DNA of 64,000 nt from Peribolospora baueri (lineage: Eukaryota), in contig JAMDHS010000013.1 in assembly GCA_029717555.1 (NCBI GenBank), positions 62,001 to 126,000 on the forward strand. Direction: 5' to 3'. This document shows, one piece after another, positions 49,819 through 61,796 of the stretch. The position numbers and the translations under genes were made by a program. The notes beneath the pieces are model-generated. The model had not been told where the DNA came from. It did not search any database and saw only the letters and a list, made by a program, of their open reading frames with translations. Every line of letters starts with the position of its first letter. Positions within the stretch are counted from its first letter, which is position 1.

Positions 49819-50812
49819 GTTGCTGGCCTGACCGCATCGACTCTGAACTGAACCTCCGTCGTCGTGCTCCTCTAGTGCCCGTCTGTGTTTCCGTTGTCCG
49901 CCGTCCCGTCGCATCTTCATTCACCGTCAGTCTATACCTTACCTCAATTTCCCTCCACCACTGTCCACGCCTTTTGAGTCATTGTCGTTGCCCTTTTCCT
50001 TCTCTCCCTTGCATGGGCGGTGTCGTATCTCCTTCTTTCTCGTCTTCCTCTCTCACTTACTCACTCCCTCTCCTTCCTCCCCACCTGCCCTTCGCTCGTC
50101 CGTTTGTCCGCTTCCGTTTGACTCGCCCGCCCAGACCGTGTACCCATCCATCCATGTCTTAGCTGTCCCTCCGCCCCCTCCCGCCCCTGTTCCCCTCGCC
50201 CTCGCCGGCCTTTCTTTCTTTCTTTTCTCGCACGACCCCAACGCTTTCCTTCTACATAGCGTCGCCTGATTCGCTCTCACCATCATTCCCCGCCCCCGTT
50301 ACTTACCTCTCGCCTGTCCTTGGAAAAGGAAACACTCCCTTTGTAAATGGTCTGCATGGTCTGCATGGCCTGCCTGCTGCGGACGCGTTGGCGTGGAACG
50401 TGACCGGGCAAACTGCGGCAACCGTGGCACGTTCCTCGGTCGCGCCCTGTCCGCGCCGGCTTCATTCAACACCAACGTCGACGGTGCCGCTCATATTTGG
50501 ATAGAGTCAAACAACAGTCGAGTCGCTCACGTTCCCTCTTGCCGCCTCTATATACCCCTCCGGTTTCCCCCTTTCCAAGCCGGCGGGCCGACCGTGCGAC
50601 CACCACCTCCACCACTACCACCACCTTCGCCACCGGCATCACCTCCTCCACCACCGCGGCCGCCACCGCCGACGCCGTTCGCTCCACCTCTCCTCTTTGC
50701 TCTCGTCTCGCCCTCGCTTCGGCCCCGCTTTCGGCTCGCCTCCTTGGACCCCTTTTCGATAATGATGACTTACGACGACTTCTCCCTGACGACTTTAACG
50801 ATTCAACGGAAT

Positions 50813-52463
50813 ATGGAACATCTTGTCCACAATCTCGCCCCAGTAGCTCGTTCCGCCATGGTCGACCTGTACGACTTCGCCCTCTTCATTCCCACTCGCC
50901 GCTTCCTCGTCTTTTCCCTCTCTCTTCTCTTCCTCATCTCCGCTTACCACCTCCTCGCCCGCCGCTTCTGCACCCCTACGCCCCCGCCCCCAAGCCCGTT
51001 GCATGACGCGGACGAGGACAAGCGCCGGCTCAAGCACCGTGCCTGGATCCTCACCAGCCTGAGCTCGCTCGTCATGTCCTTCGTCTCCCTCCCCTTCTGC
51101 TGGGAATTCCTGGCGAGCGGAGGGGATATGTACGCCGTACAGGAGCACAAGCAGTTCGCCGAGTCGGCCACCGTATTCTTCGTTGCGTACCTTCTTTGCG
51201 ACATGGGAATCGGTTTTAAAGATTACTGCAAGCTCGTCAATTGGTGAGCTACCGCCCGGTCGCGTTCGAATCCCAGCACCGCTGCCTCTATACCGTGTCT
51301 GATCTGATCTGACCGCGTTGTCCTTCCCTCTAACGACCTACTTCAATGTAGCTCGTCCGGCTGGGTGCACCACTCGCTCTACACCATTCTTTGCACTCAC
51401 CTCGTTCGGGCTGGATACGCGCGCTTCTTCTGTCTCGCCGCGGTGCTCGAGGTGAGCAAGCGAAGCCATCGATACTGCTCCCGTTTCGCATGGACATCTT
51501 CTGACCCTCATCGGACCCGGACTCCTCCCCTATTGTTGCCGTCCCTCGCAGCTCCCCACGTTCATCATGTCCGTCTCGGTTCTCGCGCCGAAGTATCGCT
51601 CCAACAACGCCTTCACTTGGAGCTTTTTCGCCACCCGCATCGTCTTCCACGCTCTCCTCGTCTCCAGCTTTTGCACTCCTCACGGTCGCGCCCATCCCGC
51701 TGTGCAGGGCTCCTTCGAACCCCTAATCTACTACGCCTTACCCTTCCCCATGCACTGTTTCTGGTTCGTCAAGTGCATCAAAAGCATGCGCAGGCGCATG
51801 CGCAAGCGTAAGGCTGAGGCTGCCGCCGCTGCGGCCGCCTTGGCAGAACAGCAGGCGGCCAAGATGGAACCGGCGGTGACCCCGGACATGTCCGACAAGG
51901 CCGATATCGTCCTCGCCAAGCCGGCCACCGTCACCTTGGCTGCCGACCTCAATGGCTGTTCCCCCGCTCGTGGTTCTTCACCTTTCCGTCGTCCTCGCTT
52001 CGCCCGTCCCGATCTGCGCGTCCTGCCCCAACTCGTTCGCCAGCGCAGGCTACCGGCGTACGAGGCCCGACAACGTGCGCGCCGCGCCCTTCTCGACGCG
52101 CTCCGCAGGGCGTGGGCGTCTGCGCCGCTCGGCTTGAGGGAGGCCGTCGAGCGCGAGCTCGGTGTCCGCCTTGTCGACTCGACCGTTGACGGGCAGCTCC
52201 CACACGGCGAGGAAGGCCCTCGCTCTTCGCCCGCTCCCACTGCCACCTCTCTCACCCGACAGGGCCTCCGCCGCAGGCTCAGCGCACTGCCCAACCCCAC
52301 CGAATTGTTCCCTGAGTTTTTCGCTCCGGCCGACTCGGACGAGTGGGCCGTTCGGCCGTTCCCCGTAGAGAGGGCCGCCCAGGGGGGTAGGAGGACTAGG
52401 GTGGTGGGCGCCTTGCGGAGGAAGGTGGAGATTGCGAGGAGGGAGGTGGTCGTGTGGGCTTAG
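50813..52463 (+). CDS. TLC (TRAM/LAG1/CLN8) domain membrane protein, 3 exons; start may be 50762 or 50858
   Basis: RAWILT; FFVAYLLCDMGIG; GWVHHSLY; LE-LPTFIMS; FFATRIVFH; HCFWFVKCIK. Confidence 0.8.
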
Positions 52464-52836
52464 CAAGAAGACCGATCGCACTTTATCTCTCTTCGCGTCT
52501 CCATTCCATCCCGTCCCGTCCATCCTTCTCCTTCTCCTTCTGTCTGTTTCTCTCTCCACGTCGCGTCGGTTTACTTCGCATCTGGTCTGGTCTCCTTCAC
52601 CTCCTTGGATCTGGTCGGGTGGGCTGGCGCGCCCTGTAGAGTACTATTGTATTGGTCCGCGAGAGGGTACGCGAAAGTGCTTCTCTCGACGGGCTTTGTT
52701 TGGGATGGCTGCTTTCGTAGTCGTTCGTAGTCTGGAATGCATCGAGGATGAGGAAGGATACCAAAAAAAAACAGAACAACCATGGAGAATTGTCGTGCCC
52801 GATCGGATTCGACTCTTTTGCCAGGAGGGAACCAAA

Positions 52837-54295
52837 TCAAGGTCGCAACGGGGGCTGGGAGGACGGGGCGCGATCGGGGGAAAGGAGAAACGGGGTGGGT
52901 TTCCATTTGAGGTCGTCGCGTCTCTCGGCAAAAAGCTGGCGCTCAAAGACGTCGGTCGCCTCTCCGGACTGGAAACCCCGCAACGAAGGCCGATCCGATC
53001 GGTGGATGGCAGGGCAGGGAAGGGAAGCATGGACAAGGGGGGAAAGGGGAAGGTGGGAAGGTGGTGAGATGGCGCGAGAGAGAGCTGCACCGACGACATG
53101 GGCGGACGGAGGGTTGGTTGGGTGAAAGCGGACCACGCACCTCCTCGGGAACCCACTCCATGTCTATCCATCGTTCTGCCTCGGCCTCGGCCCGGAGCGC
53201 CGCCATCAGCCCGTTGCCTTGGGCCGCACCGGGTGCGCCGGGTCGGCCGTGAGCGTCAGAGCCTCGGATGGAAACCTGTGCGGTGTGAAAGGTGGAAAAG
53301 AAGGCAAATAAGGGAGTAGAGGTGAGCGGAAGAGGCAGGGCCGTACGGTACGGGTGGGAAGGAATACGATGGGGAAACTCGACCTGGATCGCCTTTCCTT
53401 CCTGCTTCCCCTTGCCTTTGCCTTTTTGCCCTCCGGGTCCTTCATCCTCGACATCCTCGTCGTCCTCGTCGTCCTCTTCCTCCATGCGCTCTCGCCTCTT
53501 CTCTGCCCGAGCGCGTTCCGTCAGACGGTCGAGGTAGTGAAGCGAGGGGCGTAGTTGAAGAGCCGTCGAAAGCGGGGTGAGATGGAGGGCGTCTGGAAAG
53601 GGACGGGGAGAGCTGTTCAGGGTGGGGGGACGTGCACGATGATGGGGTGACGGAAAATAAACGAAGCACCGCTTACAATCTTTGATCACGCCGACCATGT
53701 ACTTGGTCTGACTCGGCATCTCCTGGCTCTCCATCCGCATCTTCTCCAACCTCTTGGCCCCACCGCCATCCCCCTTCTTCGACCTCGACCGACCCGTCGT
53801 CGTCGCCTCGGCACCCGCACCCATCTCCTCCCCCTTCTCCGCATTGTACACCGCCGGCCGCGTGTCGAGAGGAACCTCCATCTCAAAGTGTCGAGCCTTG
53901 GGGCGCAGACGGCTGGTGATCTGCGCCCCGCGCTGTGCAGCCGACTGTGGCACGGAGATCGGTCGTAGGGCGGGGTGGGTGGGGAACTGCATGAGGTAAA
54001 GCGACTGGGGCGGGGCGAGGGAGGAGGAGAGATAGATGGGCATCTCGGATACTACCTCGTCTTCCTCCTCTACCATAGCTGCTGCTGCTGCTTGGGCTGC
54101 CTGCCGCTCGCTCTGCGAGATGGCTCGGGCCCTCAGGATCGTGTCCGGATCCTCGCTTGGAGGAGACACGGTCGCCTCCTCGGCCACCTCGAGCGGGTTG
54201 AGCGCCACAGGTCCATCCCCGGCGGCTTTACCGACCGGCTCTGGCGACTCGGAAGAGCGGAACAGGGGCTGCTTTGAGCTCGAAGGGTCGTTCAT
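52837..54295 (-). CDS. RPC37: RNA polymerase III subunit Rpc5/Rpc37, multi-exon
   Basis: DEVVSEMPIYLS, LYLMQFP, RLRPK...FEMEVPLD, YMVGVIKD-ALHLTPLSTALQLRPSLHYLD, AEAERWIDMEW. Confidence 0.88.
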
Positions 54296-56335
54296 CTCGT
54301 CCGGCCGAGCGGCGCGAAGACGAGCGAGGCCAGAGGAGGAAAGTCGCTTTCCTCAAAAGTCTCTGGATTCTGATCGGCAGGCCACGTGCATATCCGGTCA
54401 TCTCCGCTTGCATCCGGCCGTCGCTCGCTGGTATACGGCTTTGCACCTCTCCTCTCAGTCTTCCTTTACATACTGAGGCATGTTCATTACTATAAAGAAG
54501 TCGCTCGCCGAGCTCCGTATGGTAGAACCCGAGGTCCTTCTTCACGCACACGCGAGCACTTCTTCACCATCCTCAGAACCTGTCCTGCCTCCTTGTCATC
54601 CTGCAGGACGGATAGCGGCGATAAACTTGTATCGTGAGGGCTATGGACGGTGCTCGAGAGAGATGTCAGCCGAGCGGTTTCTCCCGGATGTGTTCGTGCG
54701 CCTGCTTGCGAAAAGACGAGTAAAAAGGCATGGGATGTAAGCCGCAGGAAAGCATATGTTGCAGAAGATAAGCATCATCCGCCAGTACATCTCCCGCTGT
54801 CCCGACTGCCTTCGTACCAAGACCAGTGGACACGCTCCCCGCGGGCGACATGCCCCTCGATCCGGTCTTGTTGCATGAACCTAGGCGATAACGGCCAAAA
54901 ATGTGGAGCTTGTAAATTTAAAATCTCGTTCGTTGACTTTCTGTTGAATACGCTTGAACCATGCTCTTTCTTCTTGCCTCTTTCCGGCGCTTCCGTCTCT
55001 CCCCTTTTCGCTCTTGGCCTTTGGCGCAGATCTGCATGTCATTCCGACTTGCAGTGTCACCTGGGCGGCAATAAGTCAGTGACGGGCCATGGCCTCGTCG
55101 CGGCCGGCTACCACGCTTCGTTCGCCGGGCTCATCGCCGAGCTCAAAAAAAAAACAAGTAAGGAGTGCCGGCCAGATCAAGTCGTTCTCGTCCGGCATGC
55201 CTGAGCTGAACGAGACCTTGGCCGCCTACAACGAAACGACCACGGTTCACACGCCGAGACTGCCCATCCGATCCGCCCAAGGTGCTCCCTCTCTCGGCGT
55301 CAAATACGAAGTTGCTGGAAGGACGAGGGAGGAGCCGCCGTGCGTAAGAAAAGAGATGTATCATCGCGATACCTTTGTCGCCAAAGATGGGACGAGTGGG
55401 AAGGGAAAGGACGACGTGACGACGGTCGCATGGGTCCCCCTCGGTGCGCTCGGAAGCGGGGAGCCGCAGCAGTGGGCGTCACGCCGTTACGCCCACGGCC
55501 ACGCGAACAGCGACCATCGATGGATGCTTGCTTCCTGTCGAGTCGAAGGACGCCGACGGCGACGCCCACATCAGCTTGGTGTCTTCCTTCTTTCGCTCGA
55601 CTGACGTCCATTCTCCAGCTCAGCTCGGTGGATGCTGTAAGCCGAGGCCCGACGTCGCGATGGTGCGGGCAGAGCGGCGCGGTGAACGATCGACGACGAC
55701 GAGCGTGGGTGGCCAATAAAAGGATAAAATAAGGATGCAAAAGTCTCCGCGGTGGACGGACAGTCTAAGCAGAGCACTGTCAGCGCTGCCGCACGGGCTG
55801 CTATGCTTGCCTCGGGTGCAGTCGACGACGGTGGTCATCGCGAGCCAGCCGCGCCGTGCTTGATTCCGTCGCAGCTCGCAGCGCAGCGACCGCCAGTATG
55901 GAGCCGATCTGCCGCGCCCGCCTCGGCGTAGCCGCCCCGTCGTCTGTACACGCTGACCATAAAAACGCCATCCACCCTCCCGGGCGCTCATTTTTGCCCT
56001 TTTTTTCCCTCCCCATTCGTTTCGTCAGCTTCCTGGTCGAAGTCTTCCCCTTCCCTTTGCTTCTTTACTTTCTTCTTTTAATAGGCTTCGGCTTCCTTTT
56101 TTTTTTACGTTTCCTTTCGATTCGTGAAGGGCTGGTTCCTTTTCACGTTTCGAGGTGAGTACCGCGTCTCGCTCGGCAGGACGGGACGGCATGGGCTGAT
56201 GCTGATGATGATGATGCTTTGCTCGAAGATTTCGTCCGCCCTTTTGCTCGTCAAGCCTATCACCCCTCATCGCTCCGGAACGCGGGCTCGCTCCACATAC
56301 AGCCTGCCGCAATAGACCACACCCACCGACGAACC

Positions 56336-57774
56336 ATGGATGCCACCCCTCAGCTCATCGCCGTCGCGCGCGATGTCGTTGATCAGAACGTCACCGCGGC
56401 TTACAGCCATGCCAACCCGTACAACGCCTACGTGCCTTCCAAGGAAATCGGCCTCGCCATGACCATCGTCTTCGCCGTCTTCTCCGTCCTCCACCTAGTC
56501 CAGATGCTCATCGCCCGTCCCAAGGTCTGGTGGCTCCTTCCCGTCGTCGCTGGTGGCCTCCTCGAGGTCCTCGGTTGGGCGGCCAGGCTAGGCAGCGCCC
56601 ACGACGTGCCCAACGGCCACTTTTTCCTCCTCCAGCTCGTCGCCCTTGCCGTCGCCCCTTCCTTCTTCAGCTCGTGAGTCCTTCTGCCGATGCGTCCTGC
56701 CGACGACCACTCCCCTCGTGCGAACGGAAGCTCACCCGATCTTACCGCCCGCCCGTGATGGATGAAGCATTATGTTCGCGGTTCAGTCCAAGATCGTGGC
56801 CGCAAAGGGCGCCGAGTTCTCGCGCATCGCGCCCCGGCGCTACGCTCAGGTCTTCGTCACCCTCGACGTCTTCGCCCTCCTCGTCATTGTGGCCGGAGGC
56901 GCTCTTTCGGCGTTGGAGTATAAGGACAACCAGCCCTGGAAGCTCGGCGGTCAAGTCATGATGGGCGGCTTCGTTATTCAAACCGTCGTGGTAAGCTCCG
57001 ATCGCACTTCCGTCCCCACGCGGTACCGCCTGTGCATCGGAAATGACTCACAGGGCCTCCCGTCCGCGCCTCTCAGTTCGTCCTCTTCGCCATCTTCTCT
57101 CTCGAGTTCTACATCCGTCTCGCGAGCAACAAGGCTGTCGGAACGCGCGAATTGGCCCCCTCCCCGCGTCTGCACCGCTTCATCACGAGCGACTCGGAGA
57201 AGACGATGGTCGATGACGAATCGGAGCCCAAGACGAGGATCAAGATCAACTTCCTTGGCTGGACTTTGCTCCTCGTCTACGTTTTCCTCTTCGTTCGAGC
57301 CGTCTTCAGGATCGCCGAACTCGCCGAGCCCTGGTCGGGCTATATCGTCGACGTGAGTCTTTCGGAGACTGACGGCGCTGCTTAGGATTGCGTGAAACTG
57401 AGCCGAGGCCGCCTTTACTTTATTCCCGACAGCACGAGATTTTCTTCGTCGTCTTCGACGCCGTGCCCATGATTTCCCTTCTCGTCGTCTGGGCTCTCGT
57501 CCACCCGGCACCGCTCCTCAACGCCTGCACCAACGCCTCGGCCAAGCGCGAGAGCCAGCGGTTCCAGAACGGTTTCATGGGTCGCCGCGGCGGCGGCGGC
57601 TTGCGCGCCTTCCGCACCAAGCTCGACCCGTTCCCCGAGGCGCCCCGCAACAGCGAAGACACGATCGCTGCATCGCTGCGACCTAGTAAGGGCAAGGAGG
57701 CGGATAGGGAGAAGGAGGCTTGGAAGGCCCACTCGCGCGGCCCATCCGATGCGGGCAGCTACAAGTACATCTGA
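56336..57774 (+). CDS. RTA1-like (lipid-translocating exporter family) membrane protein, multi-exon
   Basis: YNAYVPS, GGLLEVLGWAAR, VAPSFF, PRRYAQVFVTLDVFAL, VRAVFRIAELAE, HEIFFVVFDAVPM, VHP. Confidence 0.88.
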
Positions 57775-58466
57775 GCTGCGAGCGAAGCCGTTCGAAAGAC
57801 TCTCAGCGAATCGCAGGCGGTGGACGACGGGGTCCGTTGGCGTCCGACACCGGCGGATGATAGTGCCATGTCCAATGAAACCTGTAAAACGGCACCGAGA
57901 AGTTAACATACATTCCTTGAAGCCAAGTCTGTTTTTCATTTGGTCTGCTTGCTCGCCTCGCTCGTTCCGGTTATGCGGAACGGAATGCACGTTGGCACGT
58001 CCACAGATAAGCCCTGCAGATTGTATGACACTAGCAGACGACCGTGGATCGAGTCTGGGGCGATGAAATGGGGGAAAGGGAGGCGAGCGAGGCGAGGCGA
58101 GTTCCTTGGCAGGGAAAGCGCCCATCGCACCGGCCGGATCAATACCCCTCTGCCGAATCGGTGATCGGCAAATTGCGCGCCTGCCAGCACCGATAGAGCC
58201 GATAGAACGGAACGGCCGGGGTTGGTCACAAGATCACCAGAAGCGAGACACAGGGAGAGGGAGAGACACAGATATCCGCGCCGGGTGTGCCGAGTCCACC
58301 GGACCTTCCTCGAACGTATACGCCTATCTATCGCATCGCTGGCCTGCCCAGCGAGCGAGCGAGGCGAGGCGAGGCGTCCGTTATAACATGCTCCGCCTCG
58401 CCAAGCCAAGCGCCTGTCTTTCCTCCTCCTCCACAACTTTTCGCCCCTCCCAGCTCCTCCTTACAC

Positions 58467-61268
58467 ATGTCGACCTTCCAAGCCCTACAGGATAGATGGC
58501 GGACGTGAGTCGAACCGAACCGAACCGGCGGCGTCGCGTCTTCTTCTAGTCCCAATCTCGCCTTCCTTGTTCACCTTTTTTGTTTTTGTTTTTCTTCCTA
58601 TCCCCATCGCATCGCAGGCCATTCTGGCAGAATGCCCTCACGGGAATGGTCCTCTTTTGCGGTCCCGTAAGTCCCTCGTCGTCCTCCTGCGTGCCTACGA
58701 CGTCGATCACGCTCACCTTCGTCTCTTTCTTTTTTTCCATCCGGACATGCGCCCCTCCGTAGGGCATGTTCGACGCAATCACGGCCATGGGCGCAGGAGG
58801 ACAAGCAGCGTCGCTAACGTCGCTCGTCGCAAAAGCCAACTCTGCTCTCTACGCTTGCTTCGCCATCGTCGGCTTCTTTGGCGGATCCGTTAACAATACC
58901 ATCGGTCCCCGGTGGACTCTGTTCGTGAGTTTTTCCCCATGTATAAGCTGCCCCGACTGTTTGTTTTTCACCGGTTCATCTCTCCTACCCATCTCGTCCC
59001 ACCCGTCTGCTTTCCCGCGTTGGTCGTAGATTGGCACTATTGGTTATGCCGGTGCGTCTCGCGTGCTTCCTTTTTGTTTGACACAGGAGGCCACCTTGTG
59101 CGTTTCCGGCGGCATCTGACATCTCCTTGACCCCTTCTCCTCGCTCAGTTTACGTCGGCTCTCTCTGGTCGCTCGACCGCGGCGGCCCTCAAGCTTTCGT
59201 TGTCGCTGCTGGAGCCATCCTTGGAGTCACCGCCGCACTGCTGTGGACTGCGCAAGGGGTGAGTGGCCGAGCACGCCGGTTTTTTTCTCTCTTCCAAACG
59301 CCGCTCCTAGGCTGACGCTCCGACATTCCTCCTCGGTCTACCAGTTTGTTGTGCTTTCGTACCCGAAAGAGTCCGAAAAGTCGCGCTATTTCGCGATACA
59401 GTGGTCGCTACTCGGCGTCGGCGCTGCCATCGGTGGCCTCATCCCTCTCGGGCAGATCTTGAATTCTCGCTCAGGGACGGCTGACGCCGTGAGCACGGGA
59501 GCCTGTGCGTCTTTTCTTTCTCCCTTTGCTCTCGACGTTCGATCACAGAACGCTCGTGCTGACGCGAGACGATCCGGATCGTTTGTGATGCCGCCGGTCA
59601 ACAGATATCGGGTTTTTCATCGTCATGTGTGCCGGCATCGTTGCGTCTCTCTTCCTGTCAGACCCAACCAAGGTCTACCGCCCAGATGGAACGCCCATCA
59701 CCATCGCCAAGCCCGCCGATTTTCGGACGGAGATCATGGGCGTCTGCAAGCTTATCTTCGACTGGAAGATCATGCTCCTCGGCCCCGCCTGCCTTGCCAG
59801 CAACTGGTTCTACGCCTACCAGTTCGGCATGAACGGTGAGCGCCAAGCGATTAAAATAGAGTGCACCTCGAGCTCAAGCAGGTTTTGAACTCCCACATCC
59901 ATATCATTGAGCCCCGTGCAGCCTTTTACTTCTCGCTTCGTGCCCGCAGTCTCAACTCGGTCATGTACTGGTGCGTTCGTCTCGTACTGTATTCGCCTCT
60001 GTATGAAGTGGTTCTAAAGCCCCAATTTCTACCTGCGCGCCTGCGCCTTTGCTCTTCCTTTCCTCAGGTTCACTCAAGTCATCGGCACCTTCTTCATCGC
60101 CGCGCTCCTCGACCTCCGTTACTTTGATCGTCGCACTCGAGGTCTCATCGGTTTGACGTGAGTGCACATCCTCCCAGGTCCGCGTCTTGACTCTCGTCTT
60201 CTGAACACGGCCCCTTTCGCCTTCTCTCTTTGCCGGACTCATGGACTAATTCCCCTGACAGAGTCGTATCGGTTTTCATTCTCACGACTTGGGCCGGAGG
60301 TGCCGTCTTTCAATCCACATTTACCCGAAAGTCGATCTTGAACGGAAAGGACTGGACGGACGAAGGTTGGGCCGGGTGAGTACCGCCTACCGCCCGTCCA
60401 GCGCTGGATCATTTCTTCTTCTTCTTCCCCCAGTAATCAGACCTGAGTAATCAACCCTCCTCGCCGCTCATTTCTTTCGCAGACCTTTTGTGCTCTACTG
60501 CTTTTACGGCATTTCGGACGCCATGTTCCAGTGAGTGGGCTCCATGCGTGCGTGACTTGAAGCGGATGCCTGGCTGACCATCACCTTTGCCTTTTTTTCG
60601 CTGTTTACGTGGACTCAGGTCGTACTGCTACTGGTTGATGGGTAAGTCCCCTTTTTAATCTCTTCGTTCCCGTTGTAGGCCTCAGTTCTAAAGCTCAATG
60701 TTTCTTCAGGCGCTATTACCAACGACCCCTGGCGATTGGCTCGCTACGCCGGCTTCTACAAAGGCGTTCAATCTGTATGCCGTCTTTCGGTTTAGAGATT
60801 TTACCATTCTCTTCGCGTTCATCAGCTCATTGGCCCCCGATCCCTTCTCTTCTGACAGGCCGGCGCGGCCATCTCCTTCGGCTTGAACGCGGCAGAGATC
60901 CCGTTCAACTGGGAGCTGGGTATCGTAAGTCCCTCCCTAAACAGGGAGTCTCTCCGCGCGGCGTTCTTCCAAACTTTGCTGACCTTTTGCCTTGTCGTGT
61001 CTCCGTACAGTGTTTCGTCCTCATCGGCATCTCCCTCATCCCCATGTATGTCGTCGCTTGTACGATCATCGAGACCAACTACGGCAAAGAAGAGGGCGTT
61101 CCGCCGCCTTTGGATGTGCCCGTGGCCAAGGACGGGAAGGAGGATATGGAGAAGGACGCGGACTTTGTCGCCATCGCGGGCATGGACGCCGTATCGCCGG
61201 TGCTGGATGGCGGCGATAAGAAAGGGAGTGCGGCGGCCGTCGGGCGCGTTGAGAGTGCGGGGGAGTAG
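58467..61268 (+). CDS. MFS transporter, fungal UNC-93-like, about 15 exons
   Basis: FCGP-GMFDAITAMGAGG; ANSALYACFAIVGFFGGSVNNTIGPR; GVTAALLWTAQG; LSYPKESEK; SNWFYAYQF; FSLRARSLN; YCYWLMGAITND; RYAGFYKGVQSAGAAISFGL. Confidence 0.9.
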
Positions 61269-61796
61269 TCGTAGAAAGGTCGACAACCGGGTTTTCTCCT
61301 TTTCTGCGATGTTCCTATTTATCGCTTGGACTTGGCACTGTACGTCACATACACCCGGCTCTCCCGCGGATTACCCCCGAATAATACCAGATGATGGCAT
61401 AGAAGTGCAGCCTGGACCTAGCTCGACCCTGTACGGTTTCTTGCTCGTGGTGGCGCACAATTGACTCCGAATTTGCGCGGCTGCGACGGGAGAACAAGCC
61501 AAGGCCGCGATCATGGAGTCATGAAAGGGTAGAACAGATGGGCGGATCAAGAAGAGTTGTGGTCAGCAGACTTCGACGCGGGGGATAACTGATAAGGGAG
61601 CAATTCGGGGTCGGCTCGGCATCGTCGGCCACATCGGCGCTCTTTTTGCCGAGACAGACGGACGCCTTTCCTCGCCAGCGCCGACCGCCACCGCTCACCT
61701 TCGTCCCTTCTTTATAACCATGAACATTCTTTTACCGCTCGGACATCTAGAGTTTCTCGCCCTTTCTGGTTCATAAATCTAGTCCTGCCGGCCGCC

